From Pseudomonadota bacterium (lineage in GTDB: Bacteria; Bdellovibrionota_B; Oligoflexia; Oligoflexales; CAIYRB01): a stretch of DNA of 48,436 nucleotides. The DNA lies in the NCBI GenBank assembly GCA_031416315.1, contig JANOTL010000203.1, forward strand, positions 1 through 48,436, read 5' to 3'. How positions within the stretch are numbered: the first letter of the stretch is position 1; each line of letters opens with the position of its first letter. A model generated the notes under the pieces. That model made no database searches. It saw only the letters and a list, made by a program, of their open reading frames with translations, and was not told where the DNA came from. The translations under genes were made by a program, and so were the position numbers. Below are positions 10,208-19,418 of this stretch, piece after piece.

Positions 10208-10271
10208 GGAGCCAGCCCACTATATAAAGTACGGACGAATTCTCGCTCCAGTATAGCGGAGTCCGCGCCCA

Positions 10272-13178
10272 TTGCTATCCATTGAACTCGACGGGGTCGC
10301 GACCAACAACCTGAAAGCCATCGACGTCGCCTTCCCGGTCGGACGGATCACGGTCGTGACCGGCGTCTCGGGCTCGGGGAAGAGCTCGCTCGTTTTCGAC
10401 ACCTTGTACGGGGAGGCCTATCGCCGCTACGTCGAGAGTCTTTCGAGCTTCGCGCGCCAGTATCTGAAGGCCCTGCCGAAGCCGACCGTCGCCGCGGTGC
10501 GCAATCTACCGCCCGCGATCGCCGTACAGCAGTCACGCTCGGGCGCGAGCAACCGCTCCACCGTCGGCACCTCGACCGAGCTCATCGACCTCGTGCGTGT
10601 CTTGTTCACGCATCTTTCGCGGATCCACTGCACGAACTGCGGCGCGCTCGTCGAGAAGGACACGCCGGAGTCCGTCGCCAAAAAGACGCTCGCTGTCTGG
10701 AGCGGTCGCAAGGCCATCGTGACCGCCCCGCTCGCGCGTTGGGGCAAGGTCGCGGCGAAAGACCTGAAGACGCAGCTCGAGGCGCAGGGTTTCACCCGCA
10801 TCGCGGTCGAGCGCGCGGCCGGCGAAGCACCCGAGATCGTCAAGCTCGAGACCGCGAAAGCCGCCGATCTGAAAGGCGCGAGCATCGTCGTCGATCGCGT
10901 CAAAGTCGACCCCGACCAAGTCGCGCGCCTGATCGAGTCCGCGGGGCTCGGCCTGAAAGCCGGCCGCGGCTTGGTGGAGATCATGGACGAGGCCGGCGAG
11001 CGCCTCGCCTTTACGGCAGGGCTCGACTGCGCCAACTGCAGCCTCGAGTACGCCGAGCCCTCGCTCGCGCTCTTCTCCTTCAACCATCCGCTCGGCGCTT
11101 GCATCGGCTGTCAGGGCTTCGGCTTCGCGAGCGAGCTCGACTGGGACAAAGTCATCCCCGACCTCGACGCCTCGCTGATGCAGAAAGGCGTCGCCGCATG
11201 GAACTTCGGCGCGTTCGCCGAGTACTACGAATGGGCGAAGACCAGCGCGAAGAAGCTCGGCTTGAAGTACGACAAGCCCTTCGCCAAATACACGGACGCC
11301 GACTGGACTTGGTTGAAGAAGGGCGAAGGCAAGGCTTTCGACGGCATCTCCGGCTTTTTCGAGTATCTGGACTCGAAGCGGTACAAGGCGCACTACCGCA
11401 TACACGCTTCTCGCTTTCGCAAGTACGTGGTGTGCCGCGCCTGCGGCGGCACGCGGCTCAATCCAAAGGCGCTCGCCTGCAAGCTCGCCGGCATGGACGT
11501 CGCCGGCGCCGCGCATCTCGACATCGGCCGGCTCGGCGCCTGGCTCGGAGACATCGAGACGCGCATCCGCGCCGGCAGCGTCACCGACAACGGCCTCGAC
11601 GCCGACCGCTCGATGGGCGTCTCCGAGGCGCTCGAAGAAGCGCGCGCCCGCATCGGCTATCTGACGAAGATCGGCGTGGCGTATCTGGCGCTCGACCGGT
11701 CGGCACGCACGCTTTCCGGCGGCGAGCTGCAGCGGATCAACATGGCGCGTTGCCTCGGCAGCGCGCTCACCGACACGCTTTTCTGCCTCGACGAGCCGAG
11801 CGCCGGCCTCCACGCGCGCGACAGCTCGAATTTGCTCGAGGTCATTCGCGAGCTGCGCGATCAAGGCAACACCGTCGTCCTCGTCGAGCACGAGCGCACG
11901 CTGATCCAAGGCGCCGACCATCTGATCGAGATCGGCCCGAAGGCGGGCCACGAAGGCGGCAAGGTCGTTTTCGCCGGCGATCCGATGCAAGGTCTCGCCC
12001 TGACGCAAGCCCCGCCGGTGCAACGCACGCGTCCCTTGCGCAAGGCGTCGATGCAGTTCCTCACGCTAAAGGGCGCGTCGACCCACAACCTGCAGAACAT
12101 CGACGTGCGCATTCCCGTCGGCGCCATCACCGCCGTTTGCGGCGTCAGCGGCAGCGGCAAGACGAGTTTGATCCAGCACACGTTCTACCCGCTCGCCGCC
12201 AAGGCCTTGGGCCAGCCCATCGAGCGTGGCCTCGCCCTCGACCCGCGGGCGACCGAGCTGGGCCCCGTCTCGGCCCTGAAAGCGCACCGCGAGGTGATGC
12301 TCGTCAGCCAGGCGGCGCTCGGCCGTTCGAGCCGCTCCAACATCGCCACTTACCTCGGCCTGATGGACGAGATCCGGAAGCTCCTCGCGGACCAGCCCTT
12401 GGCCAAGAAACTGGGCCTCATGCCGGGCAGCTTCAGCTTCAACATCGCGGCAAGCGGCGGCGCCGGCAACGGCCGCTGCGAGACCTGCAAGGGCCTGGGC
12501 ACCGTCGTCGAGGACCTCTCCTTCCTCGGGGAGATGGAGGTCATCTGTCCGAGCTGCAACGGCCGTCGTTTCGGCGACAACGTGCTCGCCGTCGAGTACC
12601 GCGGCCGCAATTTGAACTCGATCCTTCAGCTCACGATCGCCGAAGCGCGTGAGTTCTTCTTCGAGCGCCCGGCCGTGGTGCGCATCTGCGATCTCATGCT
12701 GAGTCTCGGTATGGGCTACTTAACCCTCGGCCAGCACACCAGCTCCTTCTCCGGGGGCGAGGCGCAGCGTCTCAAGCTGGTCAGTTTGATGCGCGACGTC
12801 AAAGAGACGAAGCCCTCGATCTTGATTTTCGACGAGCCGACCACAGGCTTGAGCGATCGAGACGTCGCGGCGCTTTTGGCGCAGCTCGATCAGCTCGCGG
12901 CGCAGGGCCACACGCTCGTCATCGTCGAGCATCATCTCGACGTCCTCCGCTCGGTCGACTGGCTCATCGAGGTGGGCCCGGAGGCCGGCGACGGCGGTGG
13001 CCGCGTGGTCTACGAAGGGCCGCCCGCCGGCATCGCCTTAGCCCCTGAATCCGTCACGAGACCGTATCTTTACCCAGCGGCTGAAAGCGCGCGAAAGGCC
13101 ACGAATGAGCAAGTACTCCGTACGCCAGGGCGCAGTCACCGTGACGCAGATTCTGGCGGCAAAAGCGGACGGCCGTAA
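10272..13178 (+). CDS. uvrA: Excinuclease ABC subunit A (UvrA family, probably a second-copy type)
   Basis: Two ABC cassettes (GVSGSGKSSL / LSGGELQR / LDEPS; GVSGSGKTSL / FSGGEAQRLKL / FDEPTTGL), RRYVESLS, CxxC zinc motifs. Confidence 0.95.
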   Translation: MLSIELDGVATNNLKAIDVAFPVGRITVVTGVSGSGKSSLVFDTLYGEAYRRYVESLSSFARQYLKALPKPTVAAVRNLPPAIAVQQSRSGASNRSTVGTSTELIDLVRVLFTHLSRIHCTNCGALVEKDTPESVAKKTLAVWSGRKAIVTAPLARWGKVAAKDLKTQLEAQGFTRIAVERAAGEAPEIVKLETAKAADLKGASIVVDRVKVDPDQVARLIESAGLGLKAGRGLVEIMDEAGERLAFTAGLDCANCSLEYAEPSLALFSFNHPLGACIGCQGFGFASELDWDKVIPDLDASLMQKGVAAWNFGAFAEYYEWAKTSAKKLGLKYDKPFAKYTDADWTWLKKGEGKAFDGISGFFEYLDSKRYKAHYRIHASRFRKYVVCRACGGTRLNPKALACKLAGMDVAGAAHLDIGRLGAWLGDIETRIRAGSVTDNGLDADRSMGVSEALEEARARIGYLTKIGVAYLALDRSARTLSGGELQRINMARCLGSALTDTLFCLDEPSAGLHARDSSNLLEVIRELRDQGNTVVLVEHERTLIQGADHLIEIGPKAGHEGGKVVFAGDPMQGLALTQAPPVQRTRPLRKASMQFLTLKGASTHNLQNIDVRIPVGAITAVCGVSGSGKTSLIQHTFYPLAAKALGQPIERGLALDPRATELGPVSALKAHREVMLVSQAALGRSSRSNIATYLGLMDEIRKLLADQPLAKKLGLMPGSFSFNIAASGGAGNGRCETCKGLGTVVEDLSFLGEMEVICPSCNGRRFGDNVLAVEYRGRNLNSILQLTIAEAREFFFERPAVVRICDLMLSLGMGYLTLGQHTSSFSGGEAQRLKLVSLMRDVKETKPSILIFDEPTTGLSDRDVAALLAQLDQLAAQGHTLVIVEHHLDVLRSVDWLIEVGPEAGDGGGRVVYEGPPAGIALAPESVTRPYLYPAAESARKATNEQVLRTPGRSHRDADSGGKSGRP

Positions 13179-13929
13179 GCTTTCGGCGATCACCTGCTAC
13201 GACGCCGCCTTCGCGCGCCTCATCGACCAGACCGCCATCGACATCGTCTTGGTCGGCGATAGCCTCGGCAACGTCGTCCTGGGATTCGATAGCACGATCC
13301 CGGTGACGGTCGACATGATGGCGCACCATACGGCTGCCGTCGCGCGCCTCTTGACGAAGCCATTCCTCGTCGCGGACATGCCGTTCATGAGCTATCAGGT
13401 CTGCGTGCAGGACGCTTTGCGCAACGCCGGCCGACTCGTGCAGGAGTCGGGGGCCCAGGCGGTGAAGGTCGAAGGCGGCCGCAGTGTCGTCCCCCAAATC
13501 AAGGCGATGGTCGAGGCCGGCATTCCCGTGATGGGCCACCTGGGTCTCACCCCGCAAAGCGTCCACACGATGGGCGGCTACAAGGTCCAAGGACGCGGTG
13601 AGCCCGCGAGCCAGGCGCTCCTGGACGACGCCAAGGCCCTGCAGGACGCCGGCTGCTTCTCGATCGTCCTCGAGATGGTGCCGATGCCGCTCGCCGAGCG
13701 GGTCACCAAGGCCCTGAAGATCCCGACCATAGGCATCGGCGCCGGACCCAAATGCGATGGTCAGATCATCGTCTTGCACGATATCCTAGGCTTCGACGAA
13801 AGCTTCAACCCGCGCTTCCTCAAGAAATACGCCGAGCTCGGCCGCGTGATCCGCGATGCGGTCACGGCTTATGACCAAGAGGTCAAAGCCAACACCTACC
13901 CCTCCGACGAGCACGGCTTCAAGGACTGA
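13105..13929 (+). CDS. panB: 3-methyl-2-oxobutanoate hydroxymethyltransferase
   Basis: TCYDA, LVGDSLG, ADMPFMSY, VKVEGG, GHLGLTPQS, PTIGIGAG. Confidence 0.98.
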   Translation: MSKYSVRQGAVTVTQILAAKADGRKLSAITCYDAAFARLIDQTAIDIVLVGDSLGNVVLGFDSTIPVTVDMMAHHTAAVARLLTKPFLVADMPFMSYQVCVQDALRNAGRLVQESGAQAVKVEGGRSVVPQIKAMVEAGIPVMGHLGLTPQSVHTMGGYKVQGRGEPASQALLDDAKALQDAGCFSIVLEMVPMPLAERVTKALKIPTIGIGAGPKCDGQIIVLHDILGFDESFNPRFLKKYAELGRVIRDAVTAYDQEVKANTYPSDEHGFKD

Positions 13930-13935
13930 GACCCA

Positions 13936-15048
13936 GTGGCAAGCAAACGCGACTATTACGAAATCCTCGGACTCGAGAAGGCCGCCAGCGATGGCGACGT
14001 CAAGGGCGCCTATCGCAAGGCCGCGCTGAAGTTCCATCCCGACCGAAACCCGGGCGACGCGAAAGCCGAGGAGGCCTTCAAAGAGGCGTCCGAGGCTTAC
14101 GAGGTCCTGTCCGACCCGCAGAAGCGTTCGACCTACGACCGCTTCGGTCATCAGGGCCTCTCCGGCCAGGGCTTCCAGGGCTTCCAAGACGTCGGTGACA
14201 TCTTCTCGAGCTTCGGCTCGATCTTCGAAGAGTTCTTCGGCTTCGGCGGCCAGGGCGGCGGTGGCGGCCGCGGTCGGGCAAGGCGCGGCGCGGATCTGCG
14301 TTACGATCTCGCCCTCGAGTTCGAGGAGGCGATGTTCGGGGCCGACAAGGAGATCGAGTTCGAGCGCGCGGCCGAGTGCGAGACTTGCCACGGCGAGCGC
14401 GCCGAGGCGGGCGGCAAGACCACCTGTAAATCTTGCGCCGGCGTCGGCCAGGTGCGTCGCAGCCAGGGATTTTTCAGCATTCAGACGACCTGTCCCACAT
14501 GCCGGGGCGAAGGCGAGCAGATCACCAAGCCGTGCAAGAAGTGCGAGGGCCGTGGCGCTCGCCTCGTGCGGAAGAAGATCGCGGTCAAGATCCCGGCCGG
14601 CGTCGACACGGGGCTCCGCCTACGCGTCTCGGGCGAGGGCGAAGGCGGGGGCGGCGGCGGACCCGGCGGCGACCTCTACGTCGTTCTGCACGTCAAAGAC
14701 TCCGAGCTCTTCGAGCGCGACGGCCACGACCTCATCCTGGGGCGCCGCATCGGCATCGCGCAGGCGGCGCTCGGCTGCAAGATCGCGATCCCGACCCTCG
14801 AGGGCGAGAAGCCGCTGGAGATTCCCGCGGGAGCCCAATTCGGCCAGCGCTTCACGATTCCGGGCGCCGGCGTGCCGCACCTGAAGGGCATGGGCCGGGG
14901 CGATCTGCACGTGCAGCTGGAGATCGCGGTGCCGAAGAAGCTCTCGAAAGAGCAGAAAGAGCTGCTCGAGAAATTCGCGGCGCTCAGCGGCGAAGAAGCC
15001 GGCGGCACGAGCCCTGGCTTTTTCCAGAAGATCTTCGGGGGCGAGTGA
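13936..15048 (+). CDS. dnaJ: Chaperone DnaJ (class A)
   Basis: J-domain with HPD, G/F region with DIF, four CxxCxG repeats, GDLYV / GDLHV C-terminal motifs. Confidence 0.97.
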   Translation: MASKRDYYEILGLEKAASDGDVKGAYRKAALKFHPDRNPGDAKAEEAFKEASEAYEVLSDPQKRSTYDRFGHQGLSGQGFQGFQDVGDIFSSFGSIFEEFFGFGGQGGGGGRGRARRGADLRYDLALEFEEAMFGADKEIEFERAAECETCHGERAEAGGKTTCKSCAGVGQVRRSQGFFSIQTTCPTCRGEGEQITKPCKKCEGRGARLVRKKIAVKIPAGVDTGLRLRVSGEGEGGGGGGPGGDLYVVLHVKDSELFERDGHDLILGRRIGIAQAALGCKIAIPTLEGEKPLEIPAGAQFGQRFTIPGAGVPHLKGMGRGDLHVQLEIAVPKKLSKEQKELLEKFAALSGEEAGGTSPGFFQKIFGGE

Positions 15049-15084
15049 AAGGCCGTCGATCAACGGCCATTCTCGACGGTCTTT
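15048..15084. terminator. Bidirectional terminator-like hairpin
   Basis: AAAGGCCGTCGA-N13-TCGACGGTCTTT between convergent genes. Confidence 0.6.
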
Positions 15085-15097
15085 GAGGGCGGGCGAG

Positions 15098-15841
15098 CTA
15101 GTTGCTCGCCATCAGCCTTTTTTGCCAATCGAGCACGGACTTTAGGTCGAAGGCATCGAGGTTGCGCACGTTGTAGTGGTAGCGCTGGAAGAGCGCTTCC
15201 TCCTTCGTGTCCTCGAGCTTCCCCTTCTTTTTGATCTGCAGGCCTTTGACCTGCTCGATGAGATCGTTGCTGAGGAAGAGCGTCGCCGAGCCGTCGTTGA
15301 ACTTATGGTGCATCGACAGCACGTTGTAGAAGTTGCGGTCGACCTTGCAGATCTTGCAGAACTTCCAGTTGTGGCGCTTGAGGCCCGACTCCTCGTTCCG
15401 CCGGGTGCAGTCGGGGCAGAACTCGGTGACGCGGAAGTTTTTTGACACGCAGTACTTGAACGCGAGCTTGCGCCGCGTCTCCGGCGTGTTCGCGAGCTTC
15501 ATGTAGAGAGCGTTCTTCAGGTCGAAGAGCTTCTTCTTCTCCTCGACGCTTTCGGCTTTCTTCGCGTGGCTGGTCAAGGCGAGAGCGGCGACGAAGCGGT
15601 AGTTGATGATTCGCTCGACGCGCTCTTGGTTGGCGAACGCTTCGAGTAAGGCCTCGTAGCGCCGGAAGAGGCCCGAGAGATCGCGATCCGGATTCTTCAC
15701 GAGCACGAGCTCGCCGGCGAACTGCAGCTTCAGCGAGTTCGCGGGGATCCGTTTGGCGGCCTTGTCGGTCCCGTCACCGTTGTCTTCGACTTCGGTGGGG
15801 TTGGTGGGGCCGCTGGCTTTCTTCGCTTGGCCTTCGGCCAT
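15098..15841 (-). CDS. Basic hypothetical cytoplasmic protein with CxxC...CxxC zinc ribbon
   Basis: GGAG RBS 9 nt before ATG 15841; strong codon bias; CPDC and CKIC motifs. Confidence 0.85.
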   Translation of the reverse strand: MAEGQAKKASGPTNPTEVEDNGDGTDKAAKRIPANSLKLQFAGELVLVKNPDRDLSGLFRRYEALLEAFANQERVERIINYRFVAALALTSHAKKAESVEEKKKLFDLKNALYMKLANTPETRRKLAFKYCVSKNFRVTEFCPDCTRRNEESGLKRHNWKFCKICKVDRNFYNVLSMHHKFNDGSATLFLSNDLIEQVKGLQIKKKGKLEDTKEEALFQRYHYNVRNLDAFDLKSVLDWQKRLMASN

Positions 15842-15899
15842 CGTCGTCATCTCCAGGGTACGGCCAGATTTACCACCGGGGTCAAGGGATTACAACGAC

Positions 15900-17159
15900 T
15901 CAGGCGGCGCCGACATTGCCGCGGAAGCCTTCCACCGGATCGACCCGGCTGGCCATGAGGGCGGGAAAAAACCCAGCCGTAACGGCGATGCCGATGCTGG
16001 CCGCTGAGACCGAGGCATAGACCCACCAGTCGTAGGACATGGGCAGCTTCGCCAAGAGGTAGAGGTCGGGAAGGTCGATGATGTCGGAGGAGTAGCGCTC
16101 CAGGGCGTAACTCAGGATCACCGCGAGGCCTGAGCCGATGATACTGCCGGTGACGCCGATGTAGACACCTTGCTTGACGAAGAGTCGTAGGACGAGCTTG
16201 TTGGTCGCCCCCAGCGCCTTCAGGATCGAAATGTCGCGTTGGCGCTGGCTGACCGCGACGAAGATGGTCGTCAGGATGTTGAAGCCGGCGACGCCGGCCA
16301 CCAGGGCGGTGATGGCCAGGATGACGACGCGCTCCATCTGCATGGCCTCGAAGAGAGGCTTGTTGAACGACTGCCATTCCCGGATGGAGATCGAATACTT
16401 GTTCGACATCCGGTCGGCGACCTCCTTGGAGTTCCACGGTTGGTGGAGGCCGATCTCCAGGCCGGTCACGCGCTCGTCCATGTGAAAAAAGGCTTGTGCG
16501 GTCGCGAGGCTCATCAGCACGAGCTTGTTGTCGTAGTGCTTCAGGCCCGAATCGTAGGCGCCGATGATCTTGAACTTCTTCATCGCGCCGAGGTCGTTGT
16601 TTTCCGGCTCGACCAGCTCGATCGTGTCGCCGACCTTCGCCTCCAGGAGGGAGAGCAGACCGGTACCGATGATCACCGACGGCTCGGCTTGGGGCGCCTT
16701 GCCCGCGGCGGCGGCGGCGATCTCGGCCTGGAGGACGTCGAGCGACTCCGGCGGCTGCGTGATGAAGGCCAAGCTTTGGACCTTTTCGCGAAGCTTCGGG
16801 TCGATGCCGCGGATCAACACCGCGTGCATGATCGACTGATGGCGCGCCATCGTCTCGTAGTGGACGAAGGGCGCGACGCCGCGCACGTCCTTGCTGAAAT
16901 CCTTCTCGACGTTCTTCGCCCATTTCTCGTGGTTGGTCAGGCCGTGGGGGAAGCGGTAGGCCATGATGTGCGCGTTGGCCGCGAGGAAGCGCTTGCGCAA
17001 TTCCTCCTCGAAGCCGTTGATCACCGACCAGACCACGATCATGGCGGCGACGCCGATGGCGACGCCCGCGATCGTCAGGACCGAGATCCAGGAGAAGAAG
17101 CGGTTGCTGCGGCCGGCTTGCATGTAGCGGCGCGCGAGGAAAGTGCTGACGGAAGCCAT
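15900..17159 (-). CDS. Lipoprotein-releasing ABC transporter permease, LolC/LolE family
   Basis: IAGVAIGVAAMIVVWSVINGF, MacB-type periplasmic domain, REWQSFN..LF.A..ME, DISILKALGA; GAGGAG RBS. Confidence 0.93.
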   Translation of the reverse strand: MASVSTFLARRYMQAGRSNRFFSWISVLTIAGVAIGVAAMIVVWSVINGFEEELRKRFLAANAHIMAYRFPHGLTNHEKWAKNVEKDFSKDVRGVAPFVHYETMARHQSIMHAVLIRGIDPKLREKVQSLAFITQPPESLDVLQAEIAAAAAGKAPQAEPSVIIGTGLLSLLEAKVGDTIELVEPENNDLGAMKKFKIIGAYDSGLKHYDNKLVLMSLATAQAFFHMDERVTGLEIGLHQPWNSKEVADRMSNKYSISIREWQSFNKPLFEAMQMERVVILAITALVAGVAGFNILTTIFVAVSQRQRDISILKALGATNKLVLRLFVKQGVYIGVTGSIIGSGLAVILSYALERYSSDIIDLPDLYLLAKLPMSYDWWVYASVSAASIGIAVTAGFFPALMASRVDPVEGFRGNVGAA

Positions 17160-17302
17160 GCGGATCTCGCTCCTCGGGAACTCGGGGGGGCACACCCCAC
17201 GTTACCGGTAGGCGACGCGAAGGTCGAGCGACATGGGCCAGTGGCGCGGTTTGCGCGCAAGGCAGCGGGCGGCGTGAGGAACCGGTGAGCCCGAGCGCAC
17301 GA

Positions 17303-18073
17303 TCAGAAGCACAAGCTCATGCCGATCATCGGGTAGAGCGTCGCGTTCTTCACCGAGCCTTTGGCGCTGCGGGTCTCCGTCTCGGTCGTGAAGACGCGCT
17401 CATCCCGCGTCGTCACCGAAGTGTCCATCTTGGTCTCGATCAGCTCGTAGTTGAGCTGCGGGCCGAGACCGAAGGCGCCGAGGCGGAATTGCCAGCCGAG
17501 CTCGACCAGATAGCCCGAGTGCTTGCTGTCGTCGCGCGAGCTCGTCACCTCGGGATCCGAATCGTCCTGCTCGACGCCGGCGACCCAGACTTTGGACGTC
17601 GACTCGGAGCCAGTCGCAACCGAGAGATAAGGCGTGGCGAAGAGGAACCAGCCGGATGCCCCGACGAAGCCCAGCGTCGGGCCGAAAGCGGCGAGCGTCT
17701 CCTTCGTCGTGACCTCGAATTTCAGCGCGCCGTCGCCGGTGCCGGTTTCGACCGTGGTCACGTTCGTGAGCTTCGTCTGCTGATAGCGCATCCCCAGATG
17801 CAAGCCGAAGCCGAAGGTGTAGCCGAGCCCCACGACCGCGGCTACCTTTCGGTCGCTTACGCTCGCGACCGTCCCGTCCTCGTCCTCGTCCACTGTGCTG
17901 GCGCCGGAGGACGTGACCGTTGTCGTCTCGGTCGTCGTCTCGGTGACGTCCCCGGCGACGTCGCCGATCGTCGGCGCGATCCCGAGCGATAAGGTGAAGC
18001 CACGGTTCGTCGCCCCGGCGGCGAAGGCCGACGGCGCACTCAAGGCAAAGCCCAGGCAGATGAGTTTCTTCAT
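17303..18073 (-). CDS. Outer-membrane beta-barrel protein
   Basis: Signal ending AFA; alternating amphipathic strands; long Thr/Asp/Glu-rich loops; terminal Phe. Confidence 0.82.
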   Translation of the reverse strand: MKKLICLGFALSAPSAFAAGATNRGFTLSLGIAPTIGDVAGDVTETTTETTTVTSSGASTVDEDEDGTVASVSDRKVAAVVGLGYTFGFGLHLGMRYQQTKLTNVTTVETGTGDGALKFEVTTKETLAAFGPTLGFVGASGWFLFATPYLSVATGSESTSKVWVAGVEQDDSDPEVTSSRDDSKHSGYLVELGWQFRLGAFGLGPQLNYELIETKMDTSVTTRDERVFTTETETRSAKGSVKNATLYPMIGMSLCF

Positions 18074-18080
18074 ACCCCTC

Positions 18081-18107
18081 GTATCGGTCGCGGATCACGG
18101 CAGGTGA
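18081..18107 (-). promoter_or_regulatory. sigma28-like promoter (weaker)
   Basis: TCACC-N14-ACCGATAC, 7 nt before the ATG. Confidence 0.45.
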
Positions 18108-18153
18108 GCCCGCGTTTTTTGCGAATTCGCCAAACGTTGCGGCGCCCCGCCCC

Positions 18154-18181
18154 TCAAGAAGGCCGTGCTTCCTCCCGAGAA
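18154..18181 (+). promoter_or_regulatory. sigma28-like promoter (weaker)
   Basis: TCAAG-N15-CCCGAGAA, 20 nt before the GTG at 18202. Confidence 0.4.
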
Positions 18182-18201
18182 GGCGGCAAGACTTACCGAG
18201 G

Positions 18202-18861
18202 GTGAAAGCGATGCTCAGTCGAATTCAGCAGCTGGTCCTTGGCGGCGCGCTCCTCGCCTTCGCAGGCGTCGCCGAGGCCGGCGTGACCGTCGGACCCTAC
18301 GTCTCCATCAAGTCCACTAAGTCGGTGAAGCCGAACAAAAAGAACGCCACCGAGACGGAGAAGGTGAAACAGCGCCAGGAAGCGGGCCTCCGCGCCGGCG
18401 TCAGCTTCTTTCGCTTGTTCTCGCTGCAGCTCAGCGCCGGGCAAAGCACCGTGACCACGACCGAGAAGACCCAGACCGCCAAGGACGAGTACGGCGAGAT
18501 CGACTACGAGACGGACCTGAACATGTCGACGGAAGACCCTGCGTCCGAGATCAAGATCATCGAGACGCAGCGCAACGCCAAGATCTCCGTCGTCGTCGAC
18601 CCGAGCTTCTCCATCTTCATCCTTCGCGCCAAGGCCGGCGTCACCGCGACGCAAAGGATCCTGGAGACCGAGGTCACCGGCGCCGAGAAGGTCACGAAGA
18701 CCTTCGGACCGACCTACAAGCCGCACAGCGGCTTCGGCGCGGGCGTCCGCCTCGGAGCGAGCATGTACTTCATCGCCGAGTACAACATGCTCCACTACAA
18801 GTTTCCGGAGATCGAGCCGTTCGAGCGCGAAGTCGCGGTCACCTACGGGGTCAGCTTCTGA
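18202..18861 (+). CDS. Outer-membrane beta-barrel protein (small, OmpA/OmpW-like size)
   Basis: Signal ending AEA; GFGAGVRLG..YFIAEYN; C-terminal VTYGVSF BAM-type signal. Confidence 0.85.
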   Translation: MKAMLSRIQQLVLGGALLAFAGVAEAGVTVGPYVSIKSTKSVKPNKKNATETEKVKQRQEAGLRAGVSFFRLFSLQLSAGQSTVTTTEKTQTAKDEYGEIDYETDLNMSTEDPASEIKIIETQRNAKISVVVDPSFSIFILRAKAGVTATQRILETEVTGAEKVTKTFGPTYKPHSGFGAGVRLGASMYFIAEYNMLHYKFPEIEPFEREVAVTYGVSF

Positions 18862-18943
18862 GCGTCGCGCGGCGGAAATAGCCGCCGCCCGCGAGAAAGC
18901 CGCTCAGGCTTCGTCGCGGGCGTGGTGCGAGCCAAAGCGCGGG

Positions 18944-19219
18944 TTAAGCGCTCTTTTTGCCGTGGCGCTTGTGAGCCGCGTGCTTTTTGCCGCCTTTTTT
19001 CAGGCTGCGCTTCACGGACTTCTTCTTGTTCTTGCCTTTTTTCGCCTTCGTCAGCTGGCGCTTCGATTTGCCGTGCTTCTTGGCCTTCGCCTTCTTCGCG
19101 GACTTCTTCTGCGCGGTGGCGACGGGCTTCGATTTGCCTTTGGCGAGGGCCGGATTTTCGGAGCAGGCGACGCTGCTGACGAGGAAAAGGGCGGCAAGGG
19201 CGTGCTTCAGGTAACTCAT
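18944..19219 (-). CDS. Small highly basic exported (lipo)protein, 91 aa
   Basis: AAAGGA RBS; signal MSYLKHALAALFLVSSVA-C; mature 73 aa contain 27 Lys, 3 Arg and 1 acidic residue. Confidence 0.85.
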   Translation of the reverse strand: MSYLKHALAALFLVSSVACSENPALAKGKSKPVATAQKKSAKKAKAKKHGKSKRQLTKAKKGKNKKKSVKRSLKKGGKKHAAHKRHGKKSA

Positions 19220-19302
19220 CGGGCGGAATCCTTTGCGACGGGGGGAGGGGAACGGGAACAGCGGGGAGAGGGGGAGGGCCGCGCCGCTGGGGCGGGCTTG
19301 GC

Positions 19303-19396
19303 TCATTATTAAAGCAATTGTAATACAAATGAAAGTATTTTAATAGAATAGGCATGTAAATCAATGAAGTAGATGGGCTGGATTGACGTATAATCG
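19303..19396. promoter_or_regulatory. AT-rich divergent sigma70-type promoter region
   Basis: Minus strand TTTACA-N17-TACTTT; plus strand TATAAT at 19389-19394; sharp AT island in GC-rich DNA. Confidence 0.6.
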
Positions 19397-19418
19397 AGGC
19401 CTTGGCACGGGAGAAGCG

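Noticed and set aside
10208..10271. Possible LexA/SOS box upstream of uvrA
   Set aside because: CTAT-N7-ACGG has the wrong spacing for CTGT-N8-ACAG, and no other convincing palindrome is present.
19403..19417. sigma54-like TGGCACG-N4-AAGC
   Set aside because: The -12 box deviates from TTGC and abuts the start codon, so transcription would begin inside the ORF.
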